From positions 4,445 to 68,444 of the forward strand of contig JAUNBC010000001.1 in assembly GCA_030527285.1 (NCBI GenBank): DNA of 64,000 nucleotides, read 5' to 3'. Shown here in pieces: positions 47,667-57,508 of the stretch. Every line of letters begins with the position of its first letter. The first letter of the stretch is position 1. This stretch comes from Bacillota bacterium. Its GTDB lineage: Bacteria; Bacillota; Dehalobacteriia; UBA4068. The notes beneath the pieces were generated by a model. It did no database searches, was not told the origin of the DNA, and saw only the letters and a list, made by a program, of their open reading frames with translations. The position numbers and the translations under genes are program-made.

Positions 47667-50639
47667 ATGAACAAACGGAGCATAAAGACGATAATTATCG
47701 CGTTGGCGCTGATCTTATGCTGTACGGCGGCAGCGGCGGCGGCGAGCAGCTCTCTCTACCAGGCGTCCGCGCCGATCGCCGGCGATACGCAGTTGTATGC
47801 CAACAGCTATTACCTGGACGACGGCACTACCCTGATCAGCGAGAATTATCTGCTGTTTACGCCGGGCGGCGCGATACAGCCGGTGATCGGTTACGGCAAT
47901 ACCCTGCATGGCGCGGCCTCGCTGCGCACAGCGGTCAACGTCATGGCCGAGCAGGGCTATACGGTGATCGCCGCTTTGAACGGCGACTACTTTAATATCA
48001 GCAGCGGCGTACCGCTGGGCGTGGTGATGTATGAGGGCGAGATCATCAGCTCCGAGCATAGCTCTCTGCCGGCGCTGGGCTTCAAGGCCGACGGCTCGGC
48101 GGTGATCGCCAAGCCCGGTTTCAGCTATACGCTGAGCCTGCCGGGCGGCGGCAGCCTTGCCATAGATAATATCAACAAAGAATTATCCGTTAATGCCGGT
48201 TTGGTCGCTTATACCGCCGAATACGCGGACAGCGATAAGGCCGCCATCGAGCATAGCTATGCGCGGCTGCGCGTCAGCGGCGGCCGCATCGCCTATGGCG
48301 AGACGCTGAGCGCCGAGGTGATAGCCGTCGGCAGCAGCAGCAGCGCGGTGGCCGTGGGCAGCAATGAGCTGCTGCTCAGCATCGCCGCGTCCGGCTCGGC
48401 GCAGAAGAATGCCGCGTTGCTGGCTTTGTCAACCGGCGACCGCGTCAGCCTTACGGTCAACGGCGGCAGCGCTTTCAGCGGCGTGCAGTTCGCCGTCGGC
48501 AGCGCCGCTCTGCTGCTGGATAACGGCGTATCCGTGGCCACGGACAGCGCCGGCGCGCAGCCGCAGACGGCGGTCGGCGTCAAGCGCAACGGCGATATCG
48601 TCTTTTATACCGCCGACGGGCGGCAGAGCGAGCATAGCCATGGGCTGACGCTGACGCAGTTAGCGGCGCGGCTGGCCGAGTTGGGCTGCGTTGACGCGGT
48701 GGCGTTGGACGGCGGCGGCTCGACCTTCCTCGCGGTGCTTTATCCCGGTTATTCGCTGGGCACGGTCAATGCCGTCAATCAGCCCTCCGGCGGCTCGCTG
48801 CGCTCTTGCGGCGATTATATATTCCTTGTCAACACCGCCCGAGCGACCAATGTCTATCAGCGCTTGTTCATCTATCCATATAACGTGACGCTGCTGGCGG
48901 GAGCCACGCAGGCCTTTGAAGCCAAAGGCGCCGACGCTAATTATTATCCGCTGACCTTGAGCGGTACGCCGTCTTTCAGCGCCGACGGCGTGGGCAGCGT
49001 CGACGAGGCGGGGCTGCTGACGGCCGCCGCGACGGCGGGCAGCGGCACGGTCACGGCGCGGCATGGCGCGTACAGCGCTACGGCGCAGGTACAGGTGATA
49101 ACCGCGCCGCATAGCATCAGCCTTTATCGGGCAGGGGAGAGCAGCGCCGTCGGCAGCGCCATCAGCGTGAACGGCGGCGAGAGCATTGATTTTAACGCCG
49201 CCGCCGTCTATAATAAACGCGCGGTGGTAGCTCAGGATAAATGCTTTAACTGGAGCGTCAGCGGCAATATCGGCAGCGTCAATGCCGACGGCCTGTTCAC
49301 CGCCAACTCCGCGCTGCTTAAGGGCAGCGGTACGCTGACCGCCGCAGCCGGCGGAGTCAGCGTTAGCGTTACCATCAACGTCAGCAGCGACAGCGATATC
49401 ATTGACAATTTCGAATACAGCGCCGCGCTGTTCGGCAGCGGCGAGGGTATCAGCGCCGCCGTAAACAGCGATAAATACTATGTGCGCTACGGCGACGGTT
49501 CTGCGGCGATCAGCTATGATTTCGGCTTGAACGGCGCGCTGCGCCTGCCGATGAGCTGCGAGATCAGCTCGCGCGGCGATTATATCAGTCTGTGGCTGTA
49601 CGGAGACGGCTCCGGCAATAAAATGTCGCTGGAATTCACGCTGCTTGACGGCAATACGCAGGTAGTGGACGCGGCGATGCTTGACGTTTCCGGCTGGATG
49701 GGCGTGCCGCTGCCCATACCGGATAACGCCGCCTCCATAAGCGCGCTGCTGTTGAGCGGCGGCGGCAGCGGCAGGATTTATATCGACCAGCTCAAATACA
49801 GCGCCGATCATCTGATCGATGCCACGCCGCCGACCATCAGCTGGCAGCTGCGCAGCGGCGGCGTATATCGCGCCACCGTCTATGACGCGGCGGAGGGCGC
49901 GGTAGCGGCGGCGCAGATCAGCGTCCGTTATGACGGCGCGCTCGTGGCTTTCGCCTATGACGCGGGCAGCGGCGAGCTGACCGTGAGCATACCCGAGGAT
50001 GGCGCGGCGCATAAGCTGACCGTGATCGCCGCCGATAGCAGCGGTAATCTCAACAGCAGCTTTATCGAGATCGCTCCCTCCGCCGCCGTTGTCAATCCCT
50101 TCCTCGACATGCAGGATCATTGGGCTACCGACAATACCCTGTATCTGTATCAGCATTCGATAGTCAGCGGCATACCCACGGCCGGCGGGCTGACCTATCA
50201 GCCCTATGCCAATATGACGCGCGCCCAGTTCGCGCAGATCATCGCCAATTATCTGGGCGTGGACACCGCCGCCTATGCCGATACCGCCCTGCCCTTTACC
50301 GACGCCGCCGCCATACCGTCATGGGCTTTGAACGCGGTCAAGGCCATGTATGCCGAGGGTGTGACGCAGGGCACGTTATCCGGCGGCCGGCTGTATTTCA
50401 ACCCCAACGGCTCGATCAGCCGCGCCGAGGCGATGACGATGATCGGCCGCATCCAGCCGCGCGGCTATGCGGAGGCGGATCTCGACTTTTACGATAGCAA
50501 TGATATACCGGCCTGGTCGCTGCCCTATATCAAAACGCTGGTGGCTCAGGGCGTGATCTCTGGCTATAACAATAACCTGTCGCCGCATGATTACGTGACG
50601 CGCGCGCAGGTGGCCAAGATGATATATTCGCTGCTGTAA
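47667..50639 (+). CDS. secreted S-layer-homology (3xSLH) cell-wall-anchored protein with an N-terminal phosphodiester glycosidase (NAGPA-like) domain and Ig-like repeats
   Basis: Signal peptide; N-terminal region with GYTVIAALNGDYFN and VALDGGGST blocks typical of the phosphodiester glycosidase family; Big_2-like repeats; three C-terminal SLH repeats (FLDMQDHWA..., FTDAAAIPSWALNAV..., FYDSNDIPAWSLPYI...). Confidence 0.85.
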   Translation: MNKRSIKTIIIALALILCCTAAAAAASSSLYQASAPIAGDTQLYANSYYLDDGTTLISENYLLFTPGGAIQPVIGYGNTLHGAASLRTAVNVMAEQGYTVIAALNGDYFNISSGVPLGVVMYEGEIISSEHSSLPALGFKADGSAVIAKPGFSYTLSLPGGGSLAIDNINKELSVNAGLVAYTAEYADSDKAAIEHSYARLRVSGGRIAYGETLSAEVIAVGSSSSAVAVGSNELLLSIAASGSAQKNAALLALSTGDRVSLTVNGGSAFSGVQFAVGSAALLLDNGVSVATDSAGAQPQTAVGVKRNGDIVFYTADGRQSEHSHGLTLTQLAARLAELGCVDAVALDGGGSTFLAVLYPGYSLGTVNAVNQPSGGSLRSCGDYIFLVNTARATNVYQRLFIYPYNVTLLAGATQAFEAKGADANYYPLTLSGTPSFSADGVGSVDEAGLLTAAATAGSGTVTARHGAYSATAQVQVITAPHSISLYRAGESSAVGSAISVNGGESIDFNAAAVYNKRAVVAQDKCFNWSVSGNIGSVNADGLFTANSALLKGSGTLTAAAGGVSVSVTINVSSDSDIIDNFEYSAALFGSGEGISAAVNSDKYYVRYGDGSAAISYDFGLNGALRLPMSCEISSRGDYISLWLYGDGSGNKMSLEFTLLDGNTQVVDAAMLDVSGWMGVPLPIPDNAASISALLLSGGGSGRIYIDQLKYSADHLIDATPPTISWQLRSGGVYRATVYDAAEGAVAAAQISVRYDGALVAFAYDAGSGELTVSIPEDGAAHKLTVIAADSSGNLNSSFIEIAPSAAVVNPFLDMQDHWATDNTLYLYQHSIVSGIPTAGGLTYQPYANMTRAQFAQIIANYLGVDTAAYADTALPFTDAAAIPSWALNAVKAMYAEGVTQGTLSGGRLYFNPNGSISRAEAMTMIGRIQPRGYAEADLDFYDSNDIPAWSLPYIKTLVAQGVISGYNNNLSPHDYVTRAQVAKMIYSLL

Positions 50640-50662
50640 GCATACGGCGGCAGGGGACGGCT

Positions 50663-52846
50663 ATGAGGATCATGCATTTTTCCGGCGGCGGCGACGTCGG
50701 CGGCGCCAAAACGCATATATTGTCGCTGGGCAAGGAGCTGTCGCGGCAGAATGATTTCCATTTACTGAGCTTCCGCGAGGGCGCTTTTGCCGACGAGGGG
50801 CGGGCCATGGGTCTGGACGTGACCTCGATATCCGGCCCGTGGAATCTGATACGCGGCCTGCGTAATGCGCTGAAGGCCGTCGATCAATTCAAGCCCGAGG
50901 TCATCCATTGCCACGGAGCCAAGGCCAATATGATGGGCGTACTGGTGAAAAAGCTGCGCGGCGTGCCGCTGGTCACCACCGTGCATTCCGACCCCTATCG
51001 CGATTATATGGGCTCATGGTTCAAGCAGTTTTTGTTCGGCGGCATAAATCTCTGGGCCTTGAAGCGCATGGATTACTATATGGCGGTGGCGGAGCGGATG
51101 CGCGTCAGCCTGATCGAGCATGGCTTTGACCCGCAGCGTATCTTCGTCATCTACAACGGCCTCGATTTTTCGCAAGCGCCGTCCGCGCCCGAGCGCGAGC
51201 CGGAGGGCGATATCGTGGTCGGCATCGCCGCGCGCCTTACGCCGATCAAGAATATCCCGTTGCTGCTGCAAGCTTTTGCCGCCGCCTACCGGCGCAACCC
51301 CCGCCTCCGTTTGAAGATCGCCGGCAGCGGCGAGGACGAGGCGGAGCTGAAGGCGTTGGCGCAGCGGCTGGGCGTGGCGGAGCGCGTGGATTTTGTCGGC
51401 TGGGTCACCGATATGCGCGGCTTTTTTGCCGGGGTGGATATCAACGTCCTGTCCTCCCTGTCAGAGACTTTTCCTTATTCGCTGCTGGAAGGCGCGTATC
51501 AGCATTGCGCGGCTATTGCCTCCGACGTCGGCGGCATACCGATGCTGATCGAGCATCAAAAGACCGGCTTCCTCTTTGCCTCCGGCGACGCGGATACCTT
51601 TGCCGAATACATTTACCGCCTGTCGGTGGACGGCGAATTGCGCCGCGAGCTGGCGGAAAATCTGTTTCAGCGTGCTTCGCGGGACTATTCGCTGGCGCGG
51701 ATGTGCGAATTACAGTTAGCGGCCTATGACGCGATCAGCCGCCGCGCAAGACAGCGCGAGCGGCGGCGCGGCGTGGTCATCTGCGGCGCATACGGGCGCG
51801 GCAATGCCGGCGACGAGGCGATATTGCAGGCCATCGTCTCGCAGATGCGCGAGATCGACGTTGATATGCCGCTGACGGTGATGAGCCGCAATAAAGAAGA
51901 AACGCGGCTGCGCAATCATACCAACGCCATCTATATCTTCAACGTGCCGGCTTTCATCCGCCATCTGCGCCGTTCCAAGATCTTTATCAATGGCGGCGGC
52001 AGTCTGATACAGGACGTTACCTCGTCGCGCTCGCTGTACTTCTATCTGTTCACGCTGTGGGCGGCGCGCTTATGCGGCTGCCGCGTCATCATGTACGGCT
52101 GCGGCATCGGCCCGATCAAACGGCAGCATAACCGCCGCATCGCCGGACGAATGCTCGACCGCAACGTCGAGGTGATCACCCTGCGCGACAGCGGCTCGCT
52201 GAAGGTGCTGGAGGAGATGCGCGTGCGGCGGCCGCAGATCAAGGTCTCCGCTGATCCCACGGTCAATATCGCCAGAGCCAACCCCGAGATCATCGCCCGC
52301 GCCTTTGCCGCCGAGGACATACCGGCGGACGCGCCGAAGATCGGCTTTTGCCTGCGCAACTGGCCGAGCTTCAATAATCCCGCCGCCATTGCCGCCGCCG
52401 CCGATTACGCGGCGGAGAAATACGGCCTGCTGCCGGTGTTCATCCCCATCGAGCTGCCCAAGGATATCGACGCGGCGGCTCGGGTGACGGCGCTGATGCG
52501 GCAGCCGTACAAGGCTTGCACGCAGCGCTATATGGTCGAGGAGTTGACGGCGATGCTCGGCTCGATGACCATGGTCGTGGGCATGCGCCTGCATTCGTTG
52601 ATCTTCGCCACCTCGGGCGGCGCGCCGGTGATCGGCGTGTCCTATGACGCCAAGGTCGACAGCTTCCTGCGCGATATCGGCAACAGCCATTGCTACGCGG
52701 TGGGCGAGATCGAGGCCGCGCCTCTGTGCGCGGCTATCGACGCGGTATATGAGCAGGGACGGGAGCAGGTGGAGCTGGCCAATCAGCGGCTGATGCTCGG
52801 CGAGCGTATCAATATCGAGGCGGCGCGCGCGCTGCTGGAGGGCTAA
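50663..52846 (+). CDS. csaB: fusion protein: N-terminal GT4 glycosyltransferase plus C-terminal polysaccharide pyruvyl transferase CsaB
   Basis: Residues 1 to about 365 form a GT4 (Glyco_trans_4 / Glycos_transf_1, E-X7-E region ETFPYSLLEGAYQHCAAIASDVGGIP). From about residue 375 onward the protein matches the PS_pyruv_trans / CsaB start (VICGAYGRGNAGDEAIL...) and stays colinear with CsaB to the end. Confidence 0.8.
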   Translation: MRIMHFSGGGDVGGAKTHILSLGKELSRQNDFHLLSFREGAFADEGRAMGLDVTSISGPWNLIRGLRNALKAVDQFKPEVIHCHGAKANMMGVLVKKLRGVPLVTTVHSDPYRDYMGSWFKQFLFGGINLWALKRMDYYMAVAERMRVSLIEHGFDPQRIFVIYNGLDFSQAPSAPEREPEGDIVVGIAARLTPIKNIPLLLQAFAAAYRRNPRLRLKIAGSGEDEAELKALAQRLGVAERVDFVGWVTDMRGFFAGVDINVLSSLSETFPYSLLEGAYQHCAAIASDVGGIPMLIEHQKTGFLFASGDADTFAEYIYRLSVDGELRRELAENLFQRASRDYSLARMCELQLAAYDAISRRARQRERRRGVVICGAYGRGNAGDEAILQAIVSQMREIDVDMPLTVMSRNKEETRLRNHTNAIYIFNVPAFIRHLRRSKIFINGGGSLIQDVTSSRSLYFYLFTLWAARLCGCRVIMYGCGIGPIKRQHNRRIAGRMLDRNVEVITLRDSGSLKVLEEMRVRRPQIKVSADPTVNIARANPEIIARAFAAEDIPADAPKIGFCLRNWPSFNNPAAIAAAADYAAEKYGLLPVFIPIELPKDIDAAARVTALMRQPYKACTQRYMVEELTAMLGSMTMVVGMRLHSLIFATSGGAPVIGVSYDAKVDSFLRDIGNSHCYAVGEIEAAPLCAAIDAVYEQGREQVELANQRLMLGERINIEAARALLEG

Positions 52847-54000
52847 TGCGGCAGATCGTCTGTTTATCCACGTCAAACTTTCATCCATATCCGACGCGCA
52901 AACAAAACGTGATGCGCCGTCTGCCCGATGCGCGCATACTCTATTTCGATCCGCCGGTCAGCTATCTCGCGCCGCTCAAGGACAAGGCCGCCAAAGCGCG
53001 TCTTTTTGCCTACAAACAGTCGGGGGAGCAGGCGGAGCCGCATATCACCGTCTATGCGCTGCCGCCGGTGCTGCCCTTTGCCAATAAATTCCGCTGCGTC
53101 AACCGGCTCAATCAGCGCCGGCTGGCCAAATATATTCGCCGCCGCATGGCGGAGCAGGGCTTTACGCAGCCGCTGCTGTGGTGTTATTCGCCGTCGTCGG
53201 CGGATATACTCTCGCGTCTGCCGCATCGGGCGCTGGTCTATGATTGCGTCGACCGCCACTCCGCTTACGCCGGTATCATCGACCCGGCGGTGGTGGATGG
53301 CATGGAGCGCGACCTGGCGCGGGCGGCGGATATGGTGTTCTGCACGGCGCAGGGGCTGTATGAGACGCTGATCGGCTATAATCCCCGCACCTGTATGATC
53401 GCCAACGGCGTGAATTACGAGCTGTTTGCGCAGGCCGCCGATGACAATGACGTCATTGACAGTTCCGCGAAGCAAAAGCCGGTGTTCGGCTTTGTCGGTA
53501 TGCTGCAAGATTGCATCGCCTATGACTATGTGCTGGCCTTGGCCGACGCGTACCCTGCGGGCGAGATCCGCATGATCGGGCGGGCGCTGCCCGGCGTGGA
53601 TATCTCGGCGCTGCGGCAGCGGACGAATATCAAGCTGCTGGGGCTGATGCCGCAGCGGGACTTGCCCGCGCAGATGCGCGAATTCGACGTCTGTTTGAAT
53701 ATCTTTGCCCCGGGCAGACTATCCAGGGACGTCAGCCCGCTCAAGTTTTATGAGTATCTGGCTACCGGCAAACCGGTAGTATCGACGCGCGAACCCTTGC
53801 AAGTCGGCGATTATGCTGATATGATATACATTGCCGATGACCGCGAGGGCTTTGTGCGCCAATGCCGCGCCGCGCTGGCGGAAAGCGGCTCGGAAAAAAA
53901 ACGCCTGCGTATCGCTGCCGCCAAGGCGGCGTCATGGGATAATCGCGTGGCGGAAATGGTAGCTAAACTTGCCGCAGAGCATATTTGGGAGGATATATGA
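52846..54000 (+). CDS. glycosyltransferase family 4 (TuaH-like)
   Basis: GT4 C-terminal domain with the E-X7-E motif (KFYEYLATGKPVVST). The start overlaps the previous stop (TAATG). Confidence 0.8.
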   Translation: MRQIVCLSTSNFHPYPTRKQNVMRRLPDARILYFDPPVSYLAPLKDKAAKARLFAYKQSGEQAEPHITVYALPPVLPFANKFRCVNRLNQRRLAKYIRRRMAEQGFTQPLLWCYSPSSADILSRLPHRALVYDCVDRHSAYAGIIDPAVVDGMERDLARAADMVFCTAQGLYETLIGYNPRTCMIANGVNYELFAQAADDNDVIDSSAKQKPVFGFVGMLQDCIAYDYVLALADAYPAGEIRMIGRALPGVDISALRQRTNIKLLGLMPQRDLPAQMREFDVCLNIFAPGRLSRDVSPLKFYEYLATGKPVVSTREPLQVGDYADMIYIADDREGFVRQCRAALAESGSEKKRLRIAAAKAASWDNRVAEMVAKLAAEHIWEDI

Positions 54001-54506
54001 AGATAGTCAATGAAAAAGGCAAGCTGTTTGGCATCATCAATGTTGTCGATCTGCTGATCCTGCTGGTGGTGCTATGTGTCGGCGGGGTCATCGTCTGGCA
54101 GTTAGTGGGCGACCGGGTCTCGCAGGCGGTAGCGCCGCAGGTCGAGGCCAAGGCCGTCGCCATCATCGAGGGCGCGCCGCCGGAGTTAGTGGAAGAAGTG
54201 CTGCGTCAGGACTTGGTCGGCGAGAAAATGGTTTCCGGCAACAGCTATACCGCCGCCACGATCACCGGCGTTTGGACCTCCGACTATCAGATGTCGGTAG
54301 AGACGGCGGACGGCGAGATCGTGCTGTCCAAGGATCCGGTGAAAAGCGATATCTTTGTTGAATTCACGGTGATGGTGGCCGAGAACACCACGGGTGTGAA
54401 GATCGGCTCGCAGGAGGTGCGCGCCGGTAATTCCTTCATCATCAAGACGCAGACCTTTGAATGCGCCGGCGTCGTCTATTATGTGCAGATCGGCGAGGCT
54501 GAATAA
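53997..54506 (+). CDS. DUF4330 domain-containing protein (single N-terminal TM)
   Basis: MKIVNEKGKLFGIINVVDLLILLVVL... is the characteristic DUF4330 N-terminus. Translationally coupled to the upstream GT4 (ATGA overlap). Confidence 0.7.
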   Translation: MKIVNEKGKLFGIINVVDLLILLVVLCVGGVIVWQLVGDRVSQAVAPQVEAKAVAIIEGAPPELVEEVLRQDLVGEKMVSGNSYTAATITGVWTSDYQMSVETADGEIVLSKDPVKSDIFVEFTVMVAENTTGVKIGSQEVRAGNSFIIKTQTFECAGVVYYVQIGEAE

Positions 54507-54508
54507 GC

Positions 54509-56134
54509 ATGGGCGTATGCGCGAACAGCTTGATATTGCGCGGCCTGCTGCGGCTGATCGAGACGCTGCGCCGCTACTGGGGCTATAGCTTAGCCGGGCG
54601 GCTGATAGCCTGTTTGCGCCGCTGCTATGAGACGTCGGCGGCCGCCGCCCTCTATCACCGCTGCTTTGACGTTGACAATTATGCCGCCGCGACCTCATGG
54701 GGGCGGCTGATGGCGCGCGGGCGCGCGCTGAGCGAGCGGCTGGGCGATATATTGCGCGGCAGCCTTTTTTACCGCGCCCTGTGCGCGCTGGCTGGCGGCT
54801 ACCGGCGGCTGACCGCCAACAGCCGCATCTTCGGCTATATCAACCGCCTCGGCCTGCGTCAATGGCTGCTGGTGGCTTTTGCCATGTATTTGCCGCTGGA
54901 ATTTATGATCCGCGATACTCTGGGCGCGGCGCTGCTGGCCTCGGTGTGGGAGGAGCTGTTCATCGCCGCCGCCGCCGTGTACGTGCTGTGGCGGCGCGCC
55001 TTGCGGCAAACGCCGGCCATCGCCCGCGAAACGCCGCTCGAGGCCTATCTGCTGCTGTTTATTGCCGTAGGCGCGCTGCTGATGACGGTGATGCAGCCTT
55101 ATCCGGCCATCGCCTTTGCCGGCTATCGCATCGTCGTCGAGTATTTGCTGTGGTTCTTCTTAATGATACGCCTGATCGAGGATGACCGCGATCTGCGCGT
55201 GCTGTATTTTTCGCTGCTGCTGCTGGCGGCCTTCATCACGCTGCATGGCGTGTATCAGTATATCATCGGCGTGGAGATACCCGACTCATGGGTGAGCAGG
55301 ACCGAGCTGGGCGTGCGCACGCGCGTATTCTCGCTGACCGGCAGCCCCAATATACTCGGCTCGCTGCTGGTGTTGACTGCGCCCCTGGCGGCGGCGCTGA
55401 TCTACTATTGCAAAAACGGCTGGTGGAAATTGTTTTTCCTTGGCATGACCTGCATGATGTTTCTGGCGCTGCTGTTCACCTTCTCGCGCGGAGCATGGGT
55501 GGGGATGCTCGTCACAGTATTCATCTTCGCGATGTTCATCGACCGGCGGTTGATCGCGCTGATGGCGGCAGGAGCGGCGTCGGTGCTGGCCTTTGTGCCG
55601 TCGATCACCAGCCGTATCACCTATCTGTTCACCGAGGATTACGCGGTGGCCTCAGCGGTGGGCGGGCGCGCCCTGCGCTGGGAAACGGGGCGGCTGCTGC
55701 TGGATGAGGTCAATCCGTGGTTCGGCTTCGGGCTGGGCCGCTTCGGCGGCGCGGTGGCGATGGATAATCAGATCATGGAGGAGACAGAGACCTTCTCCTA
55801 CTTCTACATGGATAATTACTATCTCAAGACGATGGTAGAGATGGGCTATATCGGGCTGATCGTCTATGTGCTGCTGATACTGGCGCTGCTGCTGTGGGGT
55901 ATGCGCGCCATTCGCCGCAGCGGTTTTTCGCTGGCGACAGGCGGCGGCGACGCGCTGACGCGCAATAGCGGCAATGTGCGCGTGCTGGCGGTAGCGATAC
56001 TGTCCGGCTTATGCGGCGTGCTGGTGCATTGCCTGTTTGAGAATATTTTTGAGGAGCCGTATATGAGCTCCTATTTCTGGGGGCTGGCGGCGATGCTGAT
56101 CTATATCGGGTTTTTCCGTAAAAATACCGCTTGA
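54509..56134 (+). CDS. O-antigen ligase / Wzy_C family polytopic membrane protein (putative cell-wall polysaccharide ligase or polymerase)
   Basis: About 12 TM segments with a Wzy_C-like periplasmic loop (FTFSRGAWVGM...). 541 aa. Start uncertain (weak RBS). Confidence 0.8.
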   Translation: MGVCANSLILRGLLRLIETLRRYWGYSLAGRLIACLRRCYETSAAAALYHRCFDVDNYAAATSWGRLMARGRALSERLGDILRGSLFYRALCALAGGYRRLTANSRIFGYINRLGLRQWLLVAFAMYLPLEFMIRDTLGAALLASVWEELFIAAAAVYVLWRRALRQTPAIARETPLEAYLLLFIAVGALLMTVMQPYPAIAFAGYRIVVEYLLWFFLMIRLIEDDRDLRVLYFSLLLLAAFITLHGVYQYIIGVEIPDSWVSRTELGVRTRVFSLTGSPNILGSLLVLTAPLAAALIYYCKNGWWKLFFLGMTCMMFLALLFTFSRGAWVGMLVTVFIFAMFIDRRLIALMAAGAASVLAFVPSITSRITYLFTEDYAVASAVGGRALRWETGRLLLDEVNPWFGFGLGRFGGAVAMDNQIMEETETFSYFYMDNYYLKTMVEMGYIGLIVYVLLILALLLWGMRAIRRSGFSLATGGGDALTRNSGNVRVLAVAILSGLCGVLVHCLFENIFEEPYMSSYFWGLAAMLIYIGFFRKNTA

Positions 56135-56161
56135 GCCAATGAAAACAGCTTCATGCAGGAG

Positions 56162-56196
56162 AATAACAGACGGCGAGCCCGTCTGTTATTTTTTGC
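56162..56196 (+). terminator. intrinsic terminator after the cell-surface cluster
   Basis: 12-bp stem aataacagacgg / ccgtctgttatt with a 5-nt loop, followed by TTTTTT. Confidence 0.75.
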
Positions 56197-56225
56197 TTGA
56201 CAAAAGCATATATTCATAGTATATT
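56197..56225 (+). promoter_or_regulatory. promoter (TTGACA, 17 bp spacer, TATATT) with a downstream palindromic operator candidate, for the GntR-ABC operon
   Basis: TTGACA at 56197-56202 and TATATT at 56220-56225. The palindrome GTGCATGCAC (56227-56236) lies within the larger TGTGC...GCACA inverted repeat (56226-56255), between the -10 and the RBS. Confidence 0.5.
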
Positions 56226-56264
56226 GTGCATGCACGATATATACAGTAAGCACAAAGGAGCGTT

Positions 56265-56639
56265 ATGGAAGTAGTTATTTCCAACAGCAGCGGCCAGCCG
56301 TTGTATGAGCAGATCAGCTCGCAGATCAAGAGCAAGATCCTTTCCGGCGAATTGCGGCCGGGCGAGGCCTTGCCGAGTATGCGCGCTTTGGCGGCGGGGC
56401 TGCGTATCAGCGTCATCACCACCAAGCGCGCCTATGAGGATCTGGAGCGCGAGGGCTTCATCGAGACGGTGGGCGGCAAGGGCAGCTTTGTCTCCGCCAT
56501 CGACGCGGATCTGCTGCGCGAGGAGCATTTGCGCCGCGCCGAGGCCGCCTTGGCCGAGGCGGCGAGCATCGCGCGCGCCGCCGGCGTTGGCTGCGAGGAA
56601 TTGCTCGCCGCGCTTAAACTGATATACGAAGGAGCATAG
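56265..56639 (+). CDS. GntR family transcriptional regulator (YtrA subfamily, short C-terminus)
   Basis: N-terminal GntR wHTH (PLYEQI...I..G.L.PGE.LPS.R.LA..L.IS..T..RAY..LE..G) with a short C-terminal tail typical of YtrA-like regulators. Confidence 0.85.
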   Translation: MEVVISNSSGQPLYEQISSQIKSKILSGELRPGEALPSMRALAAGLRISVITTKRAYEDLEREGFIETVGGKGSFVSAIDADLLREEHLRRAEAALAEAASIARAAGVGCEELLAALKLIYEGA

Positions 56640-56641
56640 CT

Positions 56642-57508
56642 ATGGAAGCCGCATTGGAAGTAAAGAACCTGCGCAAGCACTATACAGGGTTCACTCTTGA
56701 CGACGTATCGTTCACCCTGCCGGGCGGGGCGATCATGGGTTTTGTCGGCGAGAACGGCGCCGGCAAGACCACTACGATCAAGGCGATACTCAATCTGATC
56801 CGCCGCGACGGCGGTCAGGCGAGCGTTTTCGGCCTTGACAGCGCCGCCGAGGAATCAGCGGTCAAGCGTCAGCTGGGCGTGGTCATGGACGAGTGCATGT
56901 TCCATGATACGCTCAAGGCCACGCAGATCGACCGCATCTGCGCCAGGATCTTTGACGACTGGGATAACGAGCTGTTCGCCGCTTACTGCCGCGAGTTCAA
57001 GCTGCCGCCGGCCAAGCAGGTCAAGGAGTATTCGCGCGGGATGAAGATGAAGCTGTCGATCGCGGCGGCGCTGGCTCATCATCCGCGGCTGCTGCTGCTG
57101 GACGAGGCCACCAGCGGCCTTGATCCGGTGATGCGCGAGGAAATACTCGACGTGTTCCTCGATTTTATCAAGGACGACCGGCACAGCATTTTCCTTTCCT
57201 CGCATATCACTAGCGACCTGGATAAGATCGCCGATTATATCACCTTCATCCAACAGGGCAAGATCGTCTTTTCCGCCGATAAAAACGAGCTTCTGGAGCA
57301 GCGGATGCTGGTGCATTGCGGCGAGGCGGCCTTTGCCGCGCTCGATCCGGCGCTGCTGCTGCGCTATCGCAAGAATGCCTTTGGCTATGAGGCGCTGCTC
57401 AATTGCCGTGTCGAGCTGGGCGGCGCTTATAAAACGGCGCGGCCGAGCATCGAGGAGATCATGGTGTTCTATGCGCGCGGTGAGGAATGGGGAGGCGAGA
57501 AACAATGA
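56642..57508 (+). CDS. ABC transporter ATP-binding protein (ABC-2 type)
   Basis: Walker A GENGAGKTT, ABC signature LSRGMKMKL-like, Walker B LLLLDEATSGLD. Confidence 0.9.
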   Translation: MEAALEVKNLRKHYTGFTLDDVSFTLPGGAIMGFVGENGAGKTTTIKAILNLIRRDGGQASVFGLDSAAEESAVKRQLGVVMDECMFHDTLKATQIDRICARIFDDWDNELFAAYCREFKLPPAKQVKEYSRGMKMKLSIAAALAHHPRLLLLDEATSGLDPVMREEILDVFLDFIKDDRHSIFLSSHITSDLDKIADYITFIQQGKIVFSADKNELLEQRMLVHCGEAAFAALDPALLLRYRKNAFGYEALLNCRVELGGAYKTARPSIEEIMVFYARGEEWGGEKQ

